Source: Planctomycetota bacterium (GTDB taxonomy: Bacteria > Planctomycetota > SZUA-567 > H5-PLA8). Taken from it: a stretch of 64,000 nt of DNA. The translations under genes and the position numbers were made by a program. The stretch covers positions 1-64,000 of the forward strand of contig JBBRPR010000030.1 of assembly GCA_038227875.1 (NCBI GenBank), given 5' to 3'. The stretch's first letter is position 1, and each line of letters begins with the position of its first letter. Of this stretch, positions 29,203 through 37,265 are shown in pieces. Below the pieces are notes generated by a model. The model searched no databases, had not been told where the DNA came from, and worked only from the letters and a program-made list of their open reading frames with translations.

Positions 29203-29245
29203 CGGGCAAAAACACGGCTTCAATGGGCATGGCGAGGGCGCTGTA

Positions 29246-29407
29246 ATGGGCCAGGTTCAGACGACGAGAAATCCCGCGGCGCTTCGTGAGTGCATCGCCG
29301 CAATTGAACGCGCCGCAAAGTCAGAAGGGCGCGCGCCCACCAAACACGAGCAAGGCATCATCGACAACCTACGCGCGGAAATTCGCGCCGTTGTAGCGTC
29401 GAACTGA
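29246..29407 (+). CDS. Second small capsid-scaffold-like protein (53 aa)
   Basis: 'LRE.IAAI..AAKSEGRAPT.HEQ..ID.LRAEI'; GAGG RBS. Confidence 0.45.
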   Translation: MGQVQTTRNPAALRECIAAIERAAKSEGRAPTKHEQGIIDNLRAEIRAVVASN

Positions 29408-29417
29408 GGACCCACAC

Positions 29418-30371
29418 ATGGCCACCCAATTCGATACCGCGCAATCCTCCCGCTTCGATGCCATGATTCAGTCAGCGCTCGATGCTCTTGGCTCCGCCGG
29501 CGGGCCTCTTGTGGCCATGGCTACCTCAGTAAACTCGATGGTCTCCCCCGATGCCCTGAGCTGGACGGATGAAACACCGGCCGCGGCCGCAAATGCTGTC
29601 TGTTTCGGCAACGGCAAGTTTGTTGCAGTGGGGGCGTCCGGCAAGATTCAGACTTCACCCGATGGCATGGTCTGGACGCTGCAGACCGCGGCCATCACCA
29701 CGATCACATTTACCGGCGTGTGCTGGTCGCCAGGTCTCGGGTTATTCGTGGCGACGTCGACCGGTGGCACGGCGGAAACGGCGATCCAGACTTCACCTGA
29801 CGGCGTCACTTGGACGGCGCAATCAACAACGGGCACGAGTAATTTGAATGACGTGGTGTGGTCTCCGTCACTCGGGCGCCTTGTGGCGCTGTCGTCAAAC
29901 GGCGTGGACTTCGTCTACTACTCGTCGAACGCGACCGCGTGGACCAAGGTAACAACGGCATTTTCGAACTTTAAGAGCATCGCATGGTCTCCGTCCCTGA
30001 ATATCTTCGTCGCGATCTTGAGCGGCAATATCCAGACCTCGCCAACGGGAATCACTTGGAGCGCTCAAACGTCGCCAGTGGCCGGCATGAATGACGTGTG
30101 CTGGTCTCCGGCGCGCGCGCTCTTCGTTGCCGTCGGGCAGACCGGCACAAGCCGCGTGATGACGTCCTCCGATTTCATCAACTGGACGCTGCGCACCGCG
30201 TCAGAGCTCAACACGTGGACTTCCGTGACGTGGTCCGATTCTCTGGGGCTGTTCGTGGCCGTCGCCTCGAGCGGCACGCATCGGGTAATGACCAGTCCTG
30301 ACGGCGTCACGTGGACCAATCAGACGGCATCATCGGCGCACGCATGGGCAGCGGTAACGGCATCGGCATGA
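29418..30371 (+). CDS. Asp-box/BNR-repeat beta-propeller, receptor-binding/tail fibre candidate
   Basis: About 6 repeats of 'V.WSP.LG.FVA....TSPDG.TWT'; no signal peptide. Confidence 0.7.
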   Translation: MATQFDTAQSSRFDAMIQSALDALGSAGGPLVAMATSVNSMVSPDALSWTDETPAAAANAVCFGNGKFVAVGASGKIQTSPDGMVWTLQTAAITTITFTGVCWSPGLGLFVATSTGGTAETAIQTSPDGVTWTAQSTTGTSNLNDVVWSPSLGRLVALSSNGVDFVYYSSNATAWTKVTTAFSNFKSIAWSPSLNIFVAILSGNIQTSPTGITWSAQTSPVAGMNDVCWSPARALFVAVGQTGTSRVMTSSDFINWTLRTASELNTWTSVTWSDSLGLFVAVASSGTHRVMTSPDGVTWTNQTASSAHAWAAVTASA

Positions 30372-30539
30372 GAGGGCGTGCATGCGTTTGACGGTACTTC
30401 ACGTTTGCGGCCATGAGCACAAGCACACCGCATTCACAGACGGCAGCCGCGAGACGGTCCGCGCGAAACTGGCAGCGGCGATTTGTCCGGCATGCGCGAG
30501 ACGGGCGGGCATTGCGGCTTGGAAGCGCGCGACGAGACG

Positions 30540-30863
30540 CTAATCCCGCTCCGCGATCTTCTGTTCAAGCTTCCCGATCCGGTAATCCATGAGCGCGATG
30601 TAACCCACGGGCGGGAACTTGTCCGGCTGGGCGTAGTACTGCGCGTCTCGCGGACTCTTCAGCACGTTCCGATTGATCATCCGCACTTGACCGTTGGGGA
30701 ACGTGACCGGCGCCGGATCCTTCCCAGAATCCCAGGCGACCGCCAAGCTGTCACGCAGCGACCTCATTTTATCGAGAGCATCGGCGCGGGAATCGGCAGC
30801 AGTGGCGGCGCCGGCGCTGGAAGTGACGAGCAGGACGATGACGAGCGTGAAGGCGCGGGGCAT
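30540..30863 (-). CDS. Exported cargo protein (only reverse-strand gene of the element)
   Basis: GGAG RBS; signal peptide MPRAFTLVIVLLVTSSAGA. Confidence 0.65.
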   Translation of the reverse strand: MPRAFTLVIVLLVTSSAGAATAADSRADALDKMRSLRDSLAVAWDSGKDPAPVTFPNGQVRMINRNVLKSPRDAQYYAQPDKFPPVGYIALMDYRIGKLEQKIAERD

Positions 30864-30998
30864 AAGTGGTCTCCGAGGCGGACCGCTTCTAGCTCCGGAG
30901 CTAGTGAACGGGTTCCGCTCGGTTCGAAGTTATAAGGATTCTCCTAATAATCAACGATTAAGGAATGTTATTTTCATAGGTAAAACGGTGTTATTGTT

Positions 30999-31058
30999 TA
31001 GCTTCAGGAGCTAGTCCTAGCAATAGGGTGCAGGTTCAACTCCTGTCCTCGGCACCAT
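30999..31058 (+). repeat. attR: duplicated 3' 60 bp of tRNA-Leu
   Basis: tagcttcaggagctag...cggcaccat identical to 15360-15419; 5' tRNA half absent. Confidence 0.95.
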
Positions 31059-31242
31059 TCAAAAATACCCATTAAAACACTGATACGCGAACTCAGCGGA
31101 AGAACAGTCGCTGCTGCGAGATAGTGTTTTCAAAGTTCTGCAGCTAGACGCTAGATGTGGCCATACTGGCGGTCGTGGCACGACCACACTGAACAACTCG
31201 ATGCAATCGTGCTACGGTGTTTCTTGTAATCCGAACCGCGCT

Positions 31243-31410
31243 TTACGCCTTGCGGTGGGCCTTGTTGTGATGAGCTTTGGAATGCTTGGCCGCCAGGCTG
31301 GCCCGCTCCAGTTTAGCCGTGCGGAGCTGGCGAGCATCCTTCTCCTGCTGCGGAGTGCCCTCGGCATCTTTCTTCAGCTTGGTCTTGAGCTTCGCAATTT
31401 TCTTATTCAA
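31243..31410 (-). CDS. Small basic Lys/His-rich protein (55 aa, not in ORF track)
   Basis: AAGGAG RBS, TTG start; MNKKIAKLKTKLKKDAEG...HHNKAHRKA; GC3-rich codons. Confidence 0.6.
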   Translation of the reverse strand: MNKKIAKLKTKLKKDAEGTPQQEKDARQLRTAKLERASLAAKHSKAHHNKAHRKA

Positions 31411-31893
31411 AGTAGAGCTCCTTATACTGAGATACCTACGCTTCTACACGCATCAACTGGGATTGCACGTGGAAAGCGTCATCTCGCATAGTGCTTCTTA
31501 AAGCGCATTCAAATAAGTACGCCTCAGTTGCGTTCTCTTCTGCGGACGCGTGTTACGAAGATTGATTTCGTGTTACGGCGCTCCATTCCGGATCACGATT
31601 TCATAGGCACGGCGGTCGCTTACCCCTTCAATCATGATCGATACTATCGCTTTTGCTGCCTTTGTGCCGGTGCTACTCGCTTTGCCCGTTGGGCAGTGCA
31701 GAAACATTGCTCACGCCGGTCAATTTGGAGCAGCGGGTGTCGGAAAGGAAAGCTCGACGCACAGCGTTCAGGCTCGCATTTCTTCTTTCTTCAGGTCTTA
31801 AACGGGCGGCTCTCCGGTCCCGCGAAACCGGGGAATAGTGTTACGTTCGCGTCACTTCGTGGCACGAGCGAAAGTTTGAGGAGGAGACAGTAC

Positions 31894-32202
31894 ATGCGTA
31901 CGTTCAAGTATGCGCTTCCGTTGGTGGTCGCTATTCTCATGGCAGCTCAGGTCCGGGCCGACGATCCGCCGGCGACGTGGACCGGCACGCTGGCTGAAAA
32001 GCCGGCCGATGCCAAGGACGGCGTCGTTGCCGTTCTCAAAGTCAAAAATGGCGACGCTGAAGTTTCCGTCAATCTGTGGGCTGACGGCGATACGGCCAAA
32101 ACGCTCAAGGAATGGGCCGGCAAGAAGGCCACGGTGACGGTGACGGGTGCGAAGGTTGACGATACCAACGTCAAAGTTGCCAAGGTTGAGAAAAAGGAGT
32201 AG
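31894..32202 (+). CDS. Small exported OB-fold-like protein
   Basis: GAGGAG RBS; signal peptide ending in VRA; 'VTVTG' strand. Confidence 0.7.
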   Translation: MRTFKYALPLVVAILMAAQVRADDPPATWTGTLAEKPADAKDGVVAVLKVKNGDAEVSVNLWADGDTAKTLKEWAGKKATVTVTGAKVDDTNVKVAKVEKKE

Positions 32203-32211
32203 GCAGGATGT

Positions 32212-32248
32212 GGGTCGGCAGACTCCGTCTGCCGACCCGATTTTTCTT
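32212..32248 (+). terminator. Intrinsic terminator
   Basis: gggtcggcagac-tcc-gtctgccgaccc followed by atttttctt. Confidence 0.8.
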
Positions 32249-32543
32249 CCGACAACTCCCGCCACAATTCATTTATATCGTTCGACTCCGCTCGCAAATT
32301 GCCCCAATTCCATTGGCACACGATTCGTTCTATTAAATCGTGCAGTAGCAAATTGCCATTGGTCCTGCGCCCCCGGGGACTTGCAAGCCCGTACATCTTA
32401 GAAACATCATCCGTGATCCGGGGCGCAGACCTGTGGCTTCATCAACGCTTCAATCCACCGCATAAAAATGCGCGGTTCACTTGCCGCTGGATTCCATCCG
32501 GGCGACCACTATCGTACTAGTGAACACCCGGGAGCATCACGGC

Positions 32544-33812
32544 ATGGACTCAGACGCATTTCGAGCACGCACACGCCAACACTTTTTGATCTGGGGCGCG
32601 ATCGCCGCGTTGGCAGTTTGCGCGCGCAGGGTATTTAATGTCCCACCGCTAATCATGCTGCCGGGCGACATGTCCATCTTCCGCCTCGTTGGCATCATCG
32701 CGGGCGTGATGGCGATCTCGCATGCGTTTTCGCTCGCGACGCTCTGGCGGATCAAACACCAGAAAAAGCCCATCACGGAAGCTGTGATGGTCAGCCGCCT
32801 GTATGGCGTCGTGGCGTTCGTCGCGGCGGGACTCGTGCTGGCCTCTGGCTTTGGAAAACTCGAAGCGTTCGGCACCTTCTTTTCACTCTTCGGCGGCATG
32901 CTCCTCGGCTTTTCGCTCCAGGCGCCGATCACGGGGCTCGCCGGCTGGGTACTTGTCTCGTTAAAGCGTCCGTTTCGGCCCGGCGATCGCGTCCAATTCC
33001 CAAATCTGGGACTGACCGGCGACATCAAGGACATCGGCATCATGTACACGGTGCTCGATCAGGTCGGCGGCACTATCGGCAGCGAAGAAGCGGTCGGACG
33101 CAATATCCTGATGCCCAACGCCATGCTTTTCGCCCAGGTCGCGATCAACTACACCGCGCGGCAGGAAGCCGGTTTCATGCTCGATGAAGTAATCGTGCGC
33201 ATCACCTTCGATTCGAACTGGGAGAAGGCCGAAGAGATTCTGCTCTCCGCCGCGACCGATTTCACGAAGGACATCATCGCCATCACCGGCATGAAGCCAT
33301 ATATCCGCTCCGACATGTACGACTACGGCGTCAACATGCGCCTGCGCTACCAGACGCCGGCCAAGGATCGCGCGGAGATGTCGTACAAACTCAGCAAGCG
33401 GATCTTCGAAGACATTCAGCGCACTCCGACGGTCGATCTTGCGATTCCGTTCGTCTATTCCGCGCGCGCCGGCGCTCGCGATCTGAACGAACGTCCGCCT
33501 CTTCCGCCCACCGCGCAGAACGGCGGCGATCCTGAAGCCAAGCTGATCCAGCAGATCCCGCTCGACAAGATCAAGGCCACGCACAAAACGGCGGAGACGG
33601 ATGTGCTCGACCAGCTGGCGCAGAGCATCGCGGCGCAGGGACTGTTGCAGCCGATTGTGCTGATCAGAACGCCGGGTGAGCACACATACGAGATCGCCGC
33701 GGGCCATCTGCGCTTCGACGCCTGCAAGCGCTTGGGCTGGAAGACGATTCCCGCCGTTGTGCGGGGCGTGGTCGCAGAAGGCCGACTCTCAAAGGAAGCG
33801 GCGTACCCTTAA
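32544..33812 (+). CDS. MscS-family mechanosensitive channel fused to C-terminal ParB/Srx-like domain
   Basis: TM helices, RPFRPGDRV, G...DIG..YT, MPN; C-terminal 'LAQSIAAQGLLQPIV...YEIAAGHLRFDACKRLGWKTIPAVV'. Confidence 0.85.
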   Translation: MDSDAFRARTRQHFLIWGAIAALAVCARRVFNVPPLIMLPGDMSIFRLVGIIAGVMAISHAFSLATLWRIKHQKKPITEAVMVSRLYGVVAFVAAGLVLASGFGKLEAFGTFFSLFGGMLLGFSLQAPITGLAGWVLVSLKRPFRPGDRVQFPNLGLTGDIKDIGIMYTVLDQVGGTIGSEEAVGRNILMPNAMLFAQVAINYTARQEAGFMLDEVIVRITFDSNWEKAEEILLSAATDFTKDIIAITGMKPYIRSDMYDYGVNMRLRYQTPAKDRAEMSYKLSKRIFEDIQRTPTVDLAIPFVYSARAGARDLNERPPLPPTAQNGGDPEAKLIQQIPLDKIKATHKTAETDVLDQLAQSIAAQGLLQPIVLIRTPGEHTYEIAAGHLRFDACKRLGWKTIPAVVRGVVAEGRLSKEAAYP

Positions 33813-36800
33813 ACTGCCGGTTCCTGCTGCAATACTTTCTCAAACACACGCCGCGAATCGTGCGTGTGCCGCGCGAATTCGCTCTGCAATTGCATCTCGG
33901 CGGGGCCTTCGGCGCTGTCGACAAATCCGGCACGCAAGGCGAGTTTCCGCAGCGCGGACGGCGTGTTCGGCAGCTTGTGCGAACTTAACCCATGAACCAC
34001 GCGCACGCGATTTTCGATACGGCGCAGAAATTCGTATGCCTGCAGCAGCGCGCGGCCATCGGCTTCGTCGATTTTCTTGAATGTCTCGAGCTGCTTGAGC
34101 GCCACTTCCGTATTCGCCTGCCGCAGCGGCGGGAAGGCGGGGCCGTGAATCAATTGCAGGTACTGCACGATAAACTCGATGTCCATGATGCCGCCGCGGC
34201 CGCGCTTCAAGTCGCCTTCTTCCGCAGTCTCTTCCAACCGGCGGCGCATGTTGACGACTTCCTTCGACAGCGCGCGCGTGTCCTTCAGCGGTGAGTACAC
34301 GGCCGTGCGGATCAGATGCAGCGCGCGCTCCCCCACCCCTTCATCCCCGGCGACAAACCGCGCGCGCGTCAATGCCAGGCGTTCCCAATCCGCGAGTTGG
34401 CCTTCCTTCCAGTATTTCTTGAAGTCTTCGAGCGACAGGGCGAGCGGTCCCTTGTTTCCGTTGGGGCGCAGTCGCGCGTCGAGTTCATAAAGCGTGCCCA
34501 GCGTGGTGCGGCGCGCCATCGCGCGCGAAAGCGACTGAGACAGTTCGGCAAAATAGCTTACGGCAGGAAGCCCGGACGCCGTCTGCCCGTCTTCGCCATA
34601 AAAATAAATCACGTCCAGGTCGGAGCCGTAATTCATTTCACGGCCGCCGAATTTTCCCAGCGCCAGCACCGCGTAGCCGACGGGTTTGCCGGCCGGATTG
34701 AGTACTTCGCCGCGCGCCGTTTTTAATTCCCGCGTTGCGTGCTGCACCTGGACGCGGAGCAGACATTCCGCCAGATCGCTGAGCTCAAACTGCGTCTGTT
34801 CCAGGCTCGCGCTGTGAAGCAGGTCACGCACGCCGATGCGCAGCAACTCGCCGGAACGGTACGCGCGCAACGTGTCGGTGATGTCGCCGCCGCTGGTGAT
34901 GCGCGAAAGCTCACCGGCCATCGTCGCGGCGCTTTTCGATTGCTCGGTGCGCAGCGCGTCGACGAGTTCATCAAAGAGCCCCGGGTTGGCAACGAGGATG
35001 TCGGTGAGGTACTCGCTCCACGCCGCGAGGTCGACGGTCATGCGCAGCAGCCACGGGTTGTCGTGAAGCATCTGATAAAACACAGCCTTCGCTCCGAGCG
35101 AGCCGGCGATGCGCGAGAATCGCCGAAGTGCGTCGTCGGGTTCGCCGGTGGAGACCAGCGCCTTCAACAGCGCGGGCGCCAGCGACGCAAAGAATTTGCG
35201 CGTGCGCGAGGGCGCCATCAGCGCCAGCGGTTCGCGGCTGAGCTCGACCAGCTCACGCGCGGACGCTTCCGCCTGGAGGAATCCGAAGTGCGGCAGCAGA
35301 TTGGAAATTCGAACCAGGTCCGTCTCGGGGGCCAGCAGCAGGTCGGAGAGCTCCGCCTCGGCACCCTGGTTTTCCGGAAAGAGGTTGGCGAAGAGGCGCT
35401 GAAAAATATTGCGCGTGACGTTCGAATGGCGCTGCAGATCCGCGTCGAACGCTTCCTGCGCTGTGCCCGTCAGCACCGACGGATAAAGCGCTGAGCTCCG
35501 GCCCGTTGAATTGGCGGTGCGCGCCATCGATTCCTGGCTCAGCGAATGCGCCGGCATCGCCGGCCGGCCGCCGTGGTCGGTGAACCGCATGCTCAGCGCC
35601 ACGCGGCGCCGGATGACCGGATCGTTCGGCAGCCAGTGGACCTGCTGGTCGCCATGGAGCTGCAACCGATGCTCGACGTTGCGCAGAAACATGTAGGCCT
35701 GCGCGAGAAATTCGCCTTCGCGGTCGTCGAGCAGGCCTTCGCGGCGGAGTTCATCAAGCGCGCGGAGCGTGTTGGTCAGACGTACCTTGGGGTACTCGCT
35801 GCCGTGTAGCAATTGCATGAACTGGACGGCGAATTCGATATCGCGGATGCCGCCTTTGCCCAGTTTCACCTCGTCACCGCCGCGCCGCTGGCCGCTGAGT
35901 TCAATCTGCCGCTTCAGCGCTTTCATGTCCGAGATGGCATCGAGCGAGAGGTATCGGCGAAAAATGAAGGGCGTGAGCTGATCGAGAAATTCGACGCCAA
36001 CCGGTTTGTCGCCCGCAACAGGCCGCGCCTTCAGCCACGCCTGGCGCTCCCATGTACGGCCTTCGGTCTGGAAATAATTCAGCGTCTCATCGACGCTGCG
36101 GACCAGCGCACCGGCCGAGCCGTGCGGACGAAGACGCATGTCGACGCGGTAGACGCGGCCATCTTCGGTCACTTTGTCGAGCGCCGCGATGAGTTCTTCG
36201 GCCAGCGCCGTAAAGTATTGCACGCTCGCGGAAATTTCTCCGGCGTCTTCCGGCCGCCGTTGGTAGGCAAAGACCAGGTCGATGTCGGAGCTATAGTTGA
36301 GCTCTCGCCCGCCCAGTTTCCCCAGCGCGAAAACGACAAAACGCTGGCCGGAATTGGAATCGTCGTGACTCTCGTCCAAATGAACTGGCGCGACACGGCG
36401 GCTGCTACGCCCGGCGCGCACACGTCCCGCCGCGTATCGGAGCGCCGACTCGATGCAGGCATCGGCCAAGTCGCTGAGCGCGCGCACGGTGTCGGTCACC
36501 GGCGAAATTCCGGTGAGATCCAGCGCCGCGATCTGCAGCATCGATTCCACGCGCACGCGGCGGAGGGTTGAAATCTGCTGCGCGGGCGTCAGCGCCAGCT
36601 TCATGCGTTCGTCGAGCTGGTTGCGCCACGCCGTGCCGCCCGTGACCTGGCGGCGGAGTACCGGCTCCAGCACGATGCGCGGCCGGTCCGGGAAGCGGAT
36701 GAAGTATTCGCTGAGAGCGGGCGTTCCGGCAAAGAGCATCGCGAGCAATTTCAGGAACTGCCCTTCATTGCCATCCGCGATAAGCAGGCCGCCGGCGTCG

Positions 36801-36973
36801 AGCCAGCGTTCAAACAGCGCCGCCGCCGTATCGGGATCGCACGAGTCGGCAAACGCGCTCAGCGCATCAGTTTTGACGCCAGCGAATTCAGGGGGAATTT
36901 TATTGAGCGCCTGCCGCGCACGCGACGGATCGCGGAATCCCAGTTTTCGCCAATCGGGCTCGGGCTCGTTCAT
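33809..36973 (-). CDS. glnE: Bifunctional glutamine synthetase adenylyltransferase/removase
   Basis: Two NTase domains: LGKLGGRELNYSSDIDL/VDMRLRP.G/WERQAW.KAR and LGKFGGREMNYGSDLD/LDARLRP.G/DLKRG.GG..DIEF. Confidence 0.93.
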   Translation of the reverse strand: MNEPEPDWRKLGFRDPSRARQALNKIPPEFAGVKTDALSAFADSCDPDTAAALFERWLDAGGLLIADGNEGQFLKLLAMLFAGTPALSEYFIRFPDRPRIVLEPVLRRQVTGGTAWRNQLDERMKLALTPAQQISTLRRVRVESMLQIAALDLTGISPVTDTVRALSDLADACIESALRYAAGRVRAGRSSRRVAPVHLDESHDDSNSGQRFVVFALGKLGGRELNYSSDIDLVFAYQRRPEDAGEISASVQYFTALAEELIAALDKVTEDGRVYRVDMRLRPHGSAGALVRSVDETLNYFQTEGRTWERQAWLKARPVAGDKPVGVEFLDQLTPFIFRRYLSLDAISDMKALKRQIELSGQRRGGDEVKLGKGGIRDIEFAVQFMQLLHGSEYPKVRLTNTLRALDELRREGLLDDREGEFLAQAYMFLRNVEHRLQLHGDQQVHWLPNDPVIRRRVALSMRFTDHGGRPAMPAHSLSQESMARTANSTGRSSALYPSVLTGTAQEAFDADLQRHSNVTRNIFQRLFANLFPENQGAEAELSDLLLAPETDLVRISNLLPHFGFLQAEASARELVELSREPLALMAPSRTRKFFASLAPALLKALVSTGEPDDALRRFSRIAGSLGAKAVFYQMLHDNPWLLRMTVDLAAWSEYLTDILVANPGLFDELVDALRTEQSKSAATMAGELSRITSGGDITDTLRAYRSGELLRIGVRDLLHSASLEQTQFELSDLAECLLRVQVQHATRELKTARGEVLNPAGKPVGYAVLALGKFGGREMNYGSDLDVIYFYGEDGQTASGLPAVSYFAELSQSLSRAMARRTTLGTLYELDARLRPNGNKGPLALSLEDFKKYWKEGQLADWERLALTRARFVAGDEGVGERALHLIRTAVYSPLKDTRALSKEVVNMRRRLEETAEEGDLKRGRGGIMDIEFIVQYLQLIHGPAFPPLRQANTEVALKQLETFKKIDEADGRALLQAYEFLRRIENRVRVVHGLSSHKLPNTPSALRKLALRAGFVDSAEGPAEMQLQSEFARHTHDSRRVFEKVLQQEPAV

Positions 36974-37210
36974 ACATGCAGTCTAGGGGATGAGGATTGG
37001 GGTGTCGAATGTCGGGACGGGGCGCCGGGATTCAGATCAAAAAAGGTAGGCAGGCGCCGGCGCACCAGCGTAGTGAAAGCCGATGCGCCAGCCAGCTCTG
37101 CCCTTCCCCCCCGTTGGCTTGCAGGACGTATTTGGTAATAAAATAGATCGGCACAAAGCGGCGGGAAGATGAAGAGAAATCGGCAGAGATATTTTTTCGT
37201 GAAAACACAG

Positions 37211-37236
37211 ACCCCCAGGCCACGTGGCCTGGGGGT
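37211..37236. repeat. Perfect 26-bp palindrome (REP-like or terminator)
   Basis: acccccaggccacgtggcctgggggt. Confidence 0.6.
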
Positions 37237-37265
37237 TCCACACTTATTACAAGTCGTATGGGTAA

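Larger units (their letters stand above)
15360..31058 (+). mobile_element. Integrated phage satellite/PICI-like element or reduced prophage (~15.6 kb) in tRNA-Leu
   Basis: 60-bp direct repeats, adjacent tyrosine integrase, co-oriented replication, packaging and tail-like genes. Confidence 0.92.

Noticed and set aside
30999..31058. Second tRNA-Leu gene
   Set aside because: Only the 3' 60 bp are present, with no acceptor 5' strand or D arm; it is attR.
15360..31058. Complete prophage or ICE
   Set aside because: No recognisable TerL, portal, major capsid, tail tube, lysis, relaxase or T4SS genes.
32313..32330. Sigma54 promoter upstream of MscS-ParB (tggcacacgattcgt)
   Set aside because: Good -24 box but the -12 reads GT rather than GC; too weak to call. 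A GG-N10-GC at 31605-31620 is also left uncalled because it is far from a clear start.
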